Shown here: positions 48,776-58,575 of the stretch, piece after piece | Numbering within the stretch: the first letter of the stretch is position 1 | How the letters are laid out: each line of letters opens with the position of its first letter | Virus record (IMG/VR): IMGVR_UViG_3300021963_000040 | Coordinates: 70,799-134,798 of that record | Reading direction: 5' to 3' (one strand) | Length of the DNA: 64,000 nt | Source: a virus | The notes under the pieces: generated by a model | Databases searched by the model: none | Told to the model about the DNA's origin: nothing | What the model saw: the letters and a program-made list of their open reading frames with translations, nothing else | Translations under genes and position numbers: made by a program

Positions 48776-49447
48776 ATGATTAAATATGAACCCGTTCCGT
48801 TAAGCGAACATGATAATTTACTAGGTGCAAATTTTGCTAATAATTTTGCACAAGAGATGAAGGCGTATTATGCGCCTTTTCTCGCCAAAGGACGTAAAAT
48901 ACAGCTGGCCAAAGAAACTTGGGAATATGGAGTAGCGGACAGTATACCCGGAGCAGAATGGATAGGTAGCGGTAATAGCGTAGTAGATGTTCAAGCCCCA
49001 TTATGCGGTCTGGATGTTAAAGGCCTAAGTACCAGCAAGCTAGGAAAAGAAACTACCGAAGCCAGTTTTCTACAGAACTTACAAAAAGGTGCCGACGGAT
49101 ATTCACAAGCATGGCACAATAAAGATTGGCTAACACTAAAGAATATTTTTGTTGATCCCTTAACAGCAAAAACAACTGGTATTAATAATTTACATTTACT
49201 GGTAATTGTTCGCACAAAGAATGATCAGGCGGTGCATTACGGTTTGCTTAAGGCCAGTCCGAGTGTGCTGACCGCCGAAGAATTTGTGGCAAAAATGTTT
49301 CAACATGCAGGCCGTACAGTTAACGTGCCAATCATTGACACAGAATTTGGTAGGACTTATATCTGCATCAGCAAACGTCGATTAGAACTTAGAATCAACA
49401 CCGAAGGCTTTGCGCCCTACTTAAAGTACAGTCATTCTAGTATCTGA
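48776..49447 (+). CDS. Possible restriction-endonuclease-like PD-(D/E)XK protein
   Basis: WE...VVDV...GLDVKGL spacing. Confidence 0.4.
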   Translation: MIKYEPVPLSEHDNLLGANFANNFAQEMKAYYAPFLAKGRKIQLAKETWEYGVADSIPGAEWIGSGNSVVDVQAPLCGLDVKGLSTSKLGKETTEASFLQNLQKGADGYSQAWHNKDWLTLKNIFVDPLTAKTTGINNLHLLVIVRTKNDQAVHYGLLKASPSVLTAEEFVAKMFQHAGRTVNVPIIDTEFGRTYICISKRRLELRINTEGFAPYLKYSHSSI

Positions 49448-49467
49448 CTCATTTGTTAAGTAATGCT

Positions 49468-50184
49468 ATGAATGGTTATATATTAATTCATGGCAAAAAC
49501 TCCGGTCCCAGTAGACCTGACTGTGCAATGGGTGTGCTGGCTAGAAAATTACTTGATCATGGTCTAGTTGATTATCAAATTTACCCTTGGCAATGGAATA
49601 ATTTATATTCGAACACTTACGAAAGTTGTTTAGTGCAGATCAAATCCGCACGTGAACGACTTACAGCACAAGGTGCTACCCGTATACACCTAATAGGTCA
49701 CAGTCTAGGCGGCAATGCAGTTATATATTATGCTAGTTTATATCAAGATTATTCTAGCTTTATTTTACTAGCACCTGCACACAATACTGAAATTCCTTTT
49801 ATTAATTGGTTGACCAATTGGAGTGTGGCACAATGTCATAGGGCTATTAGTGCAGGCCGCGGAGATGAACCTATGAGCCTTATTGATTTTAATGTAGATC
49901 GTGTTTATACCCAATGGGTTACTCCTAATAGATATCTTAATTTTTTTAGTCGAGAAGGTCCGGCTAATATGACACAAAATGCTGGCCGTATCCTAAACCG
50001 ACCACATGTCTATTGTATTGCACCAACAGAAGATACTACACAGACCAGCACTGAAGAATATCTATGGTCAAAACTTAAAGTAAGTGATCAAAGTGTTTTT
50101 GTTAGACCTAACGATACACACAACGGTGCGGCCCGTAACTATCATTTAGACATAGTTAACTGGGTAGATAATCTTCCCAAATAG
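49468..50184 (+). CDS. Alpha/beta hydrolase
   Basis: LIHGK, GHSLGG, LLAPA, late D and H. Confidence 0.8.
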   Translation: MNGYILIHGKNSGPSRPDCAMGVLARKLLDHGLVDYQIYPWQWNNLYSNTYESCLVQIKSARERLTAQGATRIHLIGHSLGGNAVIYYASLYQDYSSFILLAPAHNTEIPFINWLTNWSVAQCHRAISAGRGDEPMSLIDFNVDRVYTQWVTPNRYLNFFSREGPANMTQNAGRILNRPHVYCIAPTEDTTQTSTEEYLWSKLKVSDQSVFVRPNDTHNGAARNYHLDIVNWVDNLPK

Positions 50185-50258
50185 TGTAGTTTAATCCAGA
50201 GCAAATTTGGCGTAAATATCTATATGCCGTCGTGGTCTCTATGGCGGCGGGAGTAGAT

Positions 50259-50699
50259 ATGAAAAAGACGCTATTCATACTTGCCAGTACAATAACTTTA
50301 ACTGCACACACAGCGCCATTGGACTTTGGATTTAAAAATCCTAGTTTTAGCGGAGTAGGTTTTAGCAGTCATGTTCTCACGATTGAGAACCAAGAAGCTA
50401 CTCGCAAGAAGGCTTTAGAAGATAAGATACAGTCTGCTATAGACAAGGCCAAGGCCGATGCAAAGAATACAAATTTGCAGAAATTCTTAAACAATTTAGA
50501 GTCAAGAATTTACGCACAAATATCACAGAATTTAGCTACTGCAATGTTTGCTTCTGGCGGAAGTAACAGCGGCAGTTTAAATTTTGAAGGTAACACAATA
50601 TTTTGGACTAAAGATAGTTCTAATGTTTATCTAACTGTAACTGATACAGTAGGTAATCAAACACAAATTACTGTACCATTGGGTCAGTTCCAATTCTAA
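50259..50699 (+). CDS. csgF: Curli assembly protein CsgF-like
   Basis: Signal peptide; FKNPSFSG; FLNNLESRIYAQIS; TQITVP. Confidence 0.8.
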   Translation: MKKTLFILASTITLTAHTAPLDFGFKNPSFSGVGFSSHVLTIENQEATRKKALEDKIQSAIDKAKADAKNTNLQKFLNNLESRIYAQISQNLATAMFASGGSNSGSLNFEGNTIFWTKDSSNVYLTVTDTVGNQTQITVPLGQFQF

Positions 50700-50700
50700 T

Positions 50701-51648
50701 ATGAAAAAATTATTACTATTAGCGTTGGTAACAACTGTATTAAGCGGATGCGCTGTTTTACATAACGCAGGTTCTTTAGAAACAGATCCGACTGTAACAA
50801 GTCAACGTGAAGCAGTTAAAAAAGAATTTGACACTATTCCTGCACCTAAGGCCGGACGTCCTATATCAGTAGCTGTTTATAGTTTCCAGGACAAAACAGG
50901 TCAACGTAGACCTCAAGCAAATATTGCCAGTCTAAGTACAGCAGTAACACAGGGAGCAGAGTCATTTTTAATTCAGGCCCTACAAAATGTAGGTGGTGGT
51001 AAATGGTTTGAAGTAGTTGAACGTGTTGGTGTTGATAACTTAACAAAAGAACGTTTAATTATTCGTCAAATGCGTGAAGCATACGAAGGCGCTAATGCCA
51101 AACCATTGATGCCTTTGCAATTTGCGGGAATGATTATTGAAGGTGGTATAATTGGTTATGACCAAAGTACATCCAGCGGCGGTGCAGGCATGCGTGTATT
51201 TGGTTTAGGAAAACAAAGTCAATGGAGCCAAGATGTAGTTACCATTAGTCTTAGAGCAGTTAGCGTTAATACAGGTAAAGTACTGTTAACGGTTACAGTA
51301 CAAAAAACTATATTAAGCACATCAGATGGTTTAACTTCAGTTAAATTCTTTGATATGGGAACTAAAGCATTTGAAGCAGAAGCAGGATTAACTATCAATG
51401 AGCCCGGTACTTATGCTGTTAAATCCGCAGTAGAGATGGCCGTTGTAGAATTAATTAAAGAAGGCCGAAAGAAGGATATTTGGGCCTTCAAAGAGGGGGA
51501 AGCAGATGACATGGTTCAAAAGAAGTCCGAGAGCAAAACCACTGGCGAAACAAAGCCATCACTTTCACAGTCCAATGAGTCAGCAGATACTGGCTCAAAC
51601 AACAGAAGAACAGAGAACAACAACAACCCACACCCAGAAAACAGATAA
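50701..51648 (+). CDS. csgG: Curli secretion channel CsgG
   Basis: Lipobox LSGC; VAVYSFQDKTGQ, STAVTQG, WFEVVER, LTKERLIIR, EGGIIGYD. Confidence 0.92.
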   Translation: MKKLLLLALVTTVLSGCAVLHNAGSLETDPTVTSQREAVKKEFDTIPAPKAGRPISVAVYSFQDKTGQRRPQANIASLSTAVTQGAESFLIQALQNVGGGKWFEVVERVGVDNLTKERLIIRQMREAYEGANAKPLMPLQFAGMIIEGGIIGYDQSTSSGGAGMRVFGLGKQSQWSQDVVTISLRAVSVNTGKVLLTVTVQKTILSTSDGLTSVKFFDMGTKAFEAEAGLTINEPGTYAVKSAVEMAVVELIKEGRKKDIWAFKEGEADDMVQKKSESKTTGETKPSLSQSNESADTGSNNRRTENNNNPHPENR

Positions 51649-51667
51649 AAAGAAAAAGAAAGAATAA
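51506..51667 (+). CDS. 53 aa ORF overlapping the csgG 3' end in another frame
   Basis: GAGGGGG SD; MTWFKRSPRAKPL...KKKKKE. Confidence 0.35.
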   Translation: MTWFKRSPRAKPLAKQSHHFHSPMSQQILAQTTEEQRTTTTHTQKTDKKKKKE

Positions 51668-51738
51668 CCTAAGTGCAGTACCGGCTTTGGTTGTTTAAAA
51701 TATATATGGAGCTCGTTCAATAAACGATGTAAAATGAA

Positions 51739-52545
51739 ATGAAGAAAACTAAAAGTCCAAGTAAAACAATACTAGCTGGTCTATTGTTTAGTTTAATTGG
51801 TACAAGTGCGTTAGCTGTTGATAACAGTATTTTTATCGACCAAGCGGGAGATAACGCACAAATTACCGTACTACAAGACGGAGCGGGTAATAGAATTAAA
51901 GGTATATTACCAAGCGGTAATGTCGGCCAGCAAACTGATCCTGCAAAAATAACAGGGGACGGTATCCAATTGGCTATATCACAGGTTGGTGCAGGCAATA
52001 TACTATCTCTGGGTATTAATTCATCTACTGCGGCAGGTGGATCAGCTACGAATGTTACTTTAAACGCCACTGGCGATAACAATACAGCAAAAATTAATTT
52101 AAACAATGCCGGCACCGCAGGAGCTAACCAAAGCACTACGTTAACATTAACACAAACTGGCGATGGTAATGATGCTGATATTAATATCCTAGGCACCAGC
52201 AACTTGGTTAACGTAAGCCAAGCTGGAGGAAATGGTATTCTTGTAGCAACTATTAACGCAAATAACACTACTTCTACTGTTACACAAACAGGAACTGGTG
52301 GAGACAGTACAACACTTAATTTGTCAAGTTCTAAAGGTACAGTTGACATTACTACTGCCGGTGGTACAAACACCACAAGCGTAACACAAACTGGTACAGC
52401 CGGAACGCTTGGTCATTATACTAAGGTCGATATTTCTGGTGCTGGTAATAATACTACAATTCAGCAAGGTGGTAGTATTGATACTACAGTCAACTTAAAG
52501 AGTGTAGGATCCGGCAATACCTTTAACATTAACACACACAATTAA
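51739..52545 (+). CDS. Curlin-repeat secreted protein (CsgA/CsgB-like)
   Basis: Signal peptide; many Q-x-G-x-x-N repeats. Confidence 0.75.
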   Translation: MKKTKSPSKTILAGLLFSLIGTSALAVDNSIFIDQAGDNAQITVLQDGAGNRIKGILPSGNVGQQTDPAKITGDGIQLAISQVGAGNILSLGINSSTAAGGSATNVTLNATGDNNTAKINLNNAGTAGANQSTTLTLTQTGDGNDADINILGTSNLVNVSQAGGNGILVATINANNTTSTVTQTGTGGDSTTLNLSSSKGTVDITTAGGTNTTSVTQTGTAGTLGHYTKVDISGAGNNTTIQQGGSIDTTVNLKSVGSGNTFNINTHN

Positions 52546-52546
52546 A

Positions 52547-53674
52547 ATGCGAGTTCTTACTTTGACATTGATTTGTATTGCCTTGAGTACCGGGGCAGGA
52601 GCAAGTCCTGTAGGCAAAGTAACTGAACAAACAAATGCTATTTCTAATATTATTAGAGAAAAACAAACGTTGTCTGCTCCTAAAGGAACAGGCGTTGAAA
52701 TGAATGATGCTATCAAAACAGCACAGGGTAAAGTTGGTATTACATTTGAAGATGATACAAAAGTTCAGATCACTGAAAATAGCAAATTAATAATAGATGA
52801 CTTTGTATATGACCCAAAAAGTAAAAGCGGGGGCAAGTTGGCCGTTAAAGTAGCATTAGGAACAGTACGTTATGCTTCAGGACAGATCGCTAAAACTAAT
52901 CCGCAAAGTGTTGCTGTCAATACGCCTACTGCTACTATTGGGGTACGTGGGACTGATTTTACGGCTACTGTGGACGAAGTAGGGGCTAGCACAATTATTT
53001 TGTTACCTAGTTGTCCCGACAATTATAGAAACAAAATAGGATTTGATATTGCCAAAGATTGTAAAACAGGAACTATTGAAGTCAGCACTGACGTGGGTAC
53101 TGTTATTTTAAATCAACCATTTCAGGCAACAAAGGTATCCAGCAGAAGTGCGCCTCCTCCTGCTCCAGTTTTATTAAAGTTAACCGAAGATGCAATTGGT
53201 AACATTCTTATTTTAGCACCACCTAAAGAATTCAAGCAAGAACAGCATCAAACTAAAATAGATATGCGAGGAGCACTAGATGTAGACTTTCTTAAAGAAA
53301 CAGGACTGGTAAACATATTAGATAAACAAAGCGCAGAAATATTTCAGGACAGCTTATCTCGTAACTTTTTAGACAATACATTTTTATTGAACATTTTAGA
53401 TATTGTCAACGCACAATTAGCGGCCCAGCTAGATTTACTCAATAGCACTAAGAGTGGACTATTACCAGACTATTTTGCATTAAGCGGTATTATTGCTACA
53501 GTTGACGAAGGCAGTTCAGTCACTCTCAGTAGAGACGATGGTAGCAACGTAATGAGCGTTACAGTTCCATATCATCAAAATAGTTTGATAATTATGAATC
53601 AAGCCAACATGGAATTTAAGAATAGAGTTAATACAGGGAATACTAGTACAACTATTAGTATAACACAAAAATGA
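52547..53674 (+). CDS. FecR-domain protein
   Basis: DAIKT, ITFEDDT, NTPTATIGVRGTDF. Confidence 0.85.
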   Translation: MRVLTLTLICIALSTGAGASPVGKVTEQTNAISNIIREKQTLSAPKGTGVEMNDAIKTAQGKVGITFEDDTKVQITENSKLIIDDFVYDPKSKSGGKLAVKVALGTVRYASGQIAKTNPQSVAVNTPTATIGVRGTDFTATVDEVGASTIILLPSCPDNYRNKIGFDIAKDCKTGTIEVSTDVGTVILNQPFQATKVSSRSAPPPAPVLLKLTEDAIGNILILAPPKEFKQEQHQTKIDMRGALDVDFLKETGLVNILDKQSAEIFQDSLSRNFLDNTFLLNILDIVNAQLAAQLDLLNSTKSGLLPDYFALSGIIATVDEGSSVTLSRDDGSNVMSVTVPYHQNSLIIMNQANMEFKNRVNTGNTSTTISITQK

Positions 53675-54264
53675 TGAGATTACCTGTTGTTATATTTTTA
53701 TTACTTTGTATGATAGTAAGTTGTACGGCAACTGTTTTTGCTGACAATACAATTATTGTTGATCAAATCGGTGACAACAATTCTTTTACTTTAGAACAAA
53801 AAGATGCTACTAACAATTATATTCGCATTAGAACAGGTACTATTAGCAATGTTGACTATACATTATTTTCAGTATTACAACAAGGTACAGGAAATAAAAT
53901 TGCAGACTTTGAAATCAAAAGCGGTATAAACAATAATGTTACAACAATTCAAGATGGCACAGGTAATCATAAAGCCAGTATCATTGCATTTAACGGATCC
54001 GGTAATAACATATCTGTTAATCAGTCCGGCGCAGGCAATCATGAATTTAAAGTTGATAACTGGAATAATTCTGTTAACAACGGTAACACAATCACAGCTA
54101 CACAATCAGGAGGCGTTGGTGCCGACAAATGGTTTGCTGTAAACCTAAATGGTGCTACAGGTGCTAGCGTATCTGTAATACAAAACAATCCTACTACCCC
54201 AGATCAAGCAAGTATGTTAATACAATGTAACCCTTGCGGATCATATAGTTATGTTAGAAATTAA
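53671..54264 (+). CDS. Second curlin-repeat secreted protein
   Basis: DQIGDNN, QQGTGNK, QDGTGNH, QSGAGNH. Confidence 0.7.
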   Translation: MMRLPVVIFLLLCMIVSCTATVFADNTIIVDQIGDNNSFTLEQKDATNNYIRIRTGTISNVDYTLFSVLQQGTGNKIADFEIKSGINNNVTTIQDGTGNHKASIIAFNGSGNNISVNQSGAGNHEFKVDNWNNSVNNGNTITATQSGGVGADKWFAVNLNGATGASVSVIQNNPTTPDQASMLIQCNPCGSYSYVRN

Positions 54265-54341
54265 CAGTAACTATTAAACTCTGTGGTTAATTTGCGATGC
54301 AGTACACGTAAATACTAGTACAGTAGTTTTTGGAGGGGTCC

Positions 54342-56402
54342 ATGAATAAACTAATTAAGGCTCTAATAGCCTCTTTTGTCTTGTCTGCAGGTATTTCGCA
54401 GGCACAAACCTTAGACCTAAGTCTAAGTTCATCTGGTTGGGTATCAGGTGGTAACACCGGGCAAACACAAACCGGCAACTATATGGATACTGGTGTAGGT
54501 GTACAATCTGCAACAGGAGCACAAACTATCGCATGTTGCGGTCCTAACACATGGGTAATTAGTCCATATACCGGCAGTACCATGCTAGGTATGCAACCAG
54601 GAAATACACAGAACTATTCTACAATGACATCTTCATTGGGTCTAAGTTCTGCTAGCGTATCAGCGTTAAACGCACAAGTTGCTTCCCAAGGTGGTAGCAT
54701 TACTAGCACGGCATGGATCAGTAAAGATTTTACATTCCAGGCCAATACACAATTTAAAATGGCATGGAACTATATCAGTACAGACTACGTTCCATTTAAT
54801 GATGGTAGCTTGACCAGTTTAGTTAACACTGGTTCTGCATCTACACTAGGTAAGATTAACGGCGTAACAGCTGAGTACTTACTGTTAGGCGCAACCAATC
54901 CAGGCACAGGTAACTACTCTACAGGTAGCTACGGTTCAACTGGCTGGCAATGGGTCAACTATGATATTACAACAGCGGGTACTTATAAATTAGGCTTTGC
55001 AATTTTTAATCAAGGCGATACAGCACTAAGTCCTGTATTATTTGTTAACGATGGTTTAGGAACTACAACAAAGAACGGAACAGCATTTAACCCTGTTGCA
55101 CCAAACGATCCTAATATGCCGACTACTAATCCAGATGGTACAGTAAGTGGAGGTGGTGGTTCAACACCTAGTGCTCCTACAGTAGTAAGCACGGCCAATG
55201 GTACTCCTATTGTTACATCTTCTTCTAGCAATGGTACAACAGTAACAACTCCCACAGTTGCTTGGGGTGTTACCGCAGTAGCAGTAGACAATGTAAACAG
55301 CAAAGGTGCAGTTACTCCTAAAGCATTGACTGTTACTCAAACTACAACAACTACAGCAACAACTCCATTTACAGTTACATATACTAGTGTAACTCCTGTA
55401 ACTACAACAACAGTAACAACTCCTACAGTCGTTAAGACATGGAGTGATGGAACTACTACAACAGAAAATGGTACACCTGTAACAACTACATCAACAACCA
55501 ATCAAGTTACTACACAAACAGTAACAGGTAACGAAGTAGAACAAATTACAACAGCACAGGACTATCAAACTCGCATTGACCAATATGCAAAGTTATCTGG
55601 AGCAAACAACAAGATGAACCAAAGTTTCGAAAGTGATCCTTTGAGTCGTGTTCGCATTACAGAAGATGGTGTTAAGCAACGTGACCTAAGTGGTCGTGAT
55701 TATAACTTCTACATCAGCGGAACAAACTTAAACAGCAATCGCTCTGACAGTTACAAATACGATGGCAGTTCATACAACATCGGTATTGAGAAAGTTGTTG
55801 ATCCTACAACATTAGTTGGTTTAATGTACAATAGGGGCACCGCAACAATGAACGGCGAAAATGCAGGCGGTTCATTAGCCAAAGATGCAGTCAGCATCTA
55901 TGGTATCAAAACTTTTGATAACTGGATTGTTAAGGGTGACGCAGGTTATGCAATGAACAACTATGCAACAGCACACACATTACCAGAACTAGGCCTTGCT
56001 AATGCCAGTGCAACCAAAGGTACTGACAAGTGGGTACAGGCTAAACTATATGCTCCTGACTATAACGGCATTCGTCCATTAGTTGGTGTTCGTGTAGAAA
56101 ACAATCGTATAAACGCTGTCACTGAATCTGGTAGCGAAGTAAGTGCTATGTCATATGACGCAGTCAACCAAACCAAAACACTTGGTCTAGCTGGCGCACG
56201 TTTTGATCATAACTTTACAGATAATTGGGCAGTTAACGCAGAAGCAACTCGTAACACAGCTAACCAAAACAATTTGAGTTTAGGTCTAACATATCATGAT
56301 GACAAAAACAGTAGCGTTCAATTTAAATTAGCTAGCCAAGAGCTAAATGGTGTACGTGCAACTACAGCCACAGTACAAGCCAGAATTAACTTTAATTTCT
56401 AA
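54342..56402 (+). CDS. Autotransporter-like outer-membrane protein with Thr-rich stalk
   Basis: Signal peptide, passenger domain, T-rich linker, C-terminal beta-barrel ending in F. Confidence 0.75.
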   Translation: MNKLIKALIASFVLSAGISQAQTLDLSLSSSGWVSGGNTGQTQTGNYMDTGVGVQSATGAQTIACCGPNTWVISPYTGSTMLGMQPGNTQNYSTMTSSLGLSSASVSALNAQVASQGGSITSTAWISKDFTFQANTQFKMAWNYISTDYVPFNDGSLTSLVNTGSASTLGKINGVTAEYLLLGATNPGTGNYSTGSYGSTGWQWVNYDITTAGTYKLGFAIFNQGDTALSPVLFVNDGLGTTTKNGTAFNPVAPNDPNMPTTNPDGTVSGGGGSTPSAPTVVSTANGTPIVTSSSSNGTTVTTPTVAWGVTAVAVDNVNSKGAVTPKALTVTQTTTTTATTPFTVTYTSVTPVTTTTVTTPTVVKTWSDGTTTTENGTPVTTTSTTNQVTTQTVTGNEVEQITTAQDYQTRIDQYAKLSGANNKMNQSFESDPLSRVRITEDGVKQRDLSGRDYNFYISGTNLNSNRSDSYKYDGSSYNIGIEKVVDPTTLVGLMYNRGTATMNGENAGGSLAKDAVSIYGIKTFDNWIVKGDAGYAMNNYATAHTLPELGLANASATKGTDKWVQAKLYAPDYNGIRPLVGVRVENNRINAVTESGSEVSAMSYDAVNQTKTLGLAGARFDHNFTDNWAVNAEATRNTANQNNLSLGLTYHDDKNSSVQFKLASQELNGVRATTATVQARINFNF

Positions 56403-56417
56403 TACATAGCTCAATCC

Positions 56418-56441
56418 AAAAAGGGCCTTTGGGCCCTTTTT
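56418..56441 (+). terminator. Intrinsic terminator
   Basis: AAAAGGGCC-TTTG-GGCCCTTTT. Confidence 0.8.
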
Positions 56442-56487
56442 CTTTGGATTTGACTTTAGTAAATATACGTGTTATACTTTAAGGACT

Positions 56488-58575
56488 ATGATGAAAGAAA
56501 AACTACTCAACTTAGCAAAAAAGTTCTTTACGGGCAATAGTGTGGTACTACTAATCTTAGCGGCAATGCTGATGATTCGTGTAGTAGATCCATGGCCTAC
56601 TCAAGTTTTAAGACTTAAGAGCTTTGACTATATGCAACGAAGTGCAGAAGTCGTTAATGCCGAAGATGTTATTATTGTTGACATCGATGAAAAGGCTGTA
56701 GAAAAATACGGACAATGGCCATTTGATCGTAGAGATCTTGCCGGCATTATTGACAAACTACGTGCTAACGGCGCAGGTATTATTGTTATCCCTGCATTGT
56801 TCAGTGAACCCGATCGTGCCAAAGGCGATGAAGAGTTTGCTAAAAAATTAAATCGTAACGGTGTTGTTATTGCTCAACAGGTTACTACTCAAAATAAAAA
56901 GCCCGATGCAGTTCGTAGGGGTGTAGCTAAAGTAGGCGAAGATCCTACTCCATTCCTATATTCTTGGCCGGGTGCATTAAAGCCACTGGACAAGTTAGCT
57001 AATAGCGCAGACGGTGTGGGTGTAATTGCATCGGCCCCAGAACCTGACGGTGTTGTTCGTCGTATGCCAATGTTAGTTAATATTCAAAATGACATTTATC
57101 CATCATTGGTTCTAGAAGCATTGCGTGTTAGTACAGGTGATCCTAGCTATCAAGTTAAGTCAAATGTAAACGGAGTCGAAGCAGTTCGTGTACCTCAGTA
57201 TGGTGCTGTTCGCACAGATGAAACAGGTTCAGTTTGGCTAAGTTGGAATTATAATACTCCCCGTGTAAGCATCACAGGCGACCTAAAGAAAGTTAAAGAT
57301 AAAGTTGTAGTGTTAGGTCTAACAATCGAGGGCGTAGGCGGCATCATTTCTACTCCAGTTGGTAGTCGTTGGGCACATGATATGCAGGCCAATGCTATTC
57401 AAACGGTAGTAGACAAAACGGTCATTCAACGTTTTGATTGGGCTAGCGTGATCGAACTAGCAACTATCGTTATTGTTGGTTTGGCATTTGTTTATTTTAT
57501 GCCCAAGATTCCTTTAATGTATACTGTACCAGTAATTATTGTATATGTACTAGCAGAGTACAATATAACCACATGGTTGTTTACGGCACAACGACAGCTA
57601 TGGGATTGGTCGTGGCCTGTGCTGACTATATTCCTAATGTGGTCTTATACCGTGTTTAATAAGTTTGCCAAAGAAAACGAATTGAAGAAACAGATTAAGA
57701 AACAGTTCGAGCATTACCTAAGTCCAGAGTTTATCAAAGAGCTACAAAAGAATCCTGGTATGCTTAAACTAGGCGGCGATACTCGCAAGCTATCTATTTT
57801 GTTTAGTGACATTCGTGGATTTACAACTATCAGCGAATACTATAAGACAAATCCACAAGGTCTTACTACGTTGATTAATCGTTACATGACACCTATGACT
57901 GCAACAATTATGGAGCGTAAAGGTACCATCGACAAGTACATCGGTGATGCTATTATGGCATTCTGGGGTGCTCCGTTAGATGTGCCGGATCAAGCAGACT
58001 TGGCTGTTGAGGCAAGTATGGACATGGTAAAACGACTAGATGCGTTAAATGAACAATTACGTAAAGAAGGTATTCCTGAACTAGGTATGGGTGTAGGTAT
58101 TAACACCGGTGAAGTTGTTGTAGGTAACATGGGTAGTGACCAACGCTTTGATTATACCTGTCTAGGTGATGCTGTTAATTTGTCTAGTCGACTCGAAGGA
58201 CAAAGCAAGCCATATGGCGTACAATTAGTAGTAGGACAAGAAACAGAAAAGCTATTAAGCAGACTGTGGGCTATTCTTGAACTAGACTGTATTGCTGTTA
58301 AAGGCAAGGCTGAAGGTGTTAATATCTTTACAGTTATAGGTAAGGTTATGGACATTAACGGTTTTGATCGAGATAAAGAAACTCATGACGAAATGTTAAA
58401 AGCATATCGTAAACAGCAATGGGCCAAGGCAATCAAACTATGCAAATCGTCAGAAGGCAAGTTCGATGGCAAGATGGACAAGTATTATCATGCTATGTTA
58501 GAACGTATCGAAGAATTGAAGACTCACGATCTTCCTGCTGATTGGGATGGCGTGTATAGAGCCACAAGCAAGTAA
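56488..58575 (+). CDS. CHASE2-domain class III adenylate/guanylate cyclase
   Basis: IVDIDE..GQWP, DGVVRR, 3 TMs, FSDIRGFT, DKYIGDAIMAFW, GDAVNLSSRLEG. Confidence 0.95.
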   Translation: MMKEKLLNLAKKFFTGNSVVLLILAAMLMIRVVDPWPTQVLRLKSFDYMQRSAEVVNAEDVIIVDIDEKAVEKYGQWPFDRRDLAGIIDKLRANGAGIIVIPALFSEPDRAKGDEEFAKKLNRNGVVIAQQVTTQNKKPDAVRRGVAKVGEDPTPFLYSWPGALKPLDKLANSADGVGVIASAPEPDGVVRRMPMLVNIQNDIYPSLVLEALRVSTGDPSYQVKSNVNGVEAVRVPQYGAVRTDETGSVWLSWNYNTPRVSITGDLKKVKDKVVVLGLTIEGVGGIISTPVGSRWAHDMQANAIQTVVDKTVIQRFDWASVIELATIVIVGLAFVYFMPKIPLMYTVPVIIVYVLAEYNITTWLFTAQRQLWDWSWPVLTIFLMWSYTVFNKFAKENELKKQIKKQFEHYLSPEFIKELQKNPGMLKLGGDTRKLSILFSDIRGFTTISEYYKTNPQGLTTLINRYMTPMTATIMERKGTIDKYIGDAIMAFWGAPLDVPDQADLAVEASMDMVKRLDALNEQLRKEGIPELGMGVGINTGEVVVGNMGSDQRFDYTCLGDAVNLSSRLEGQSKPYGVQLVVGQETEKLLSRLWAILELDCIAVKGKAEGVNIFTVIGKVMDINGFDRDKETHDEMLKAYRKQQWAKAIKLCKSSEGKFDGKMDKYYHAMLERIEELKTHDLPADWDGVYRATSK

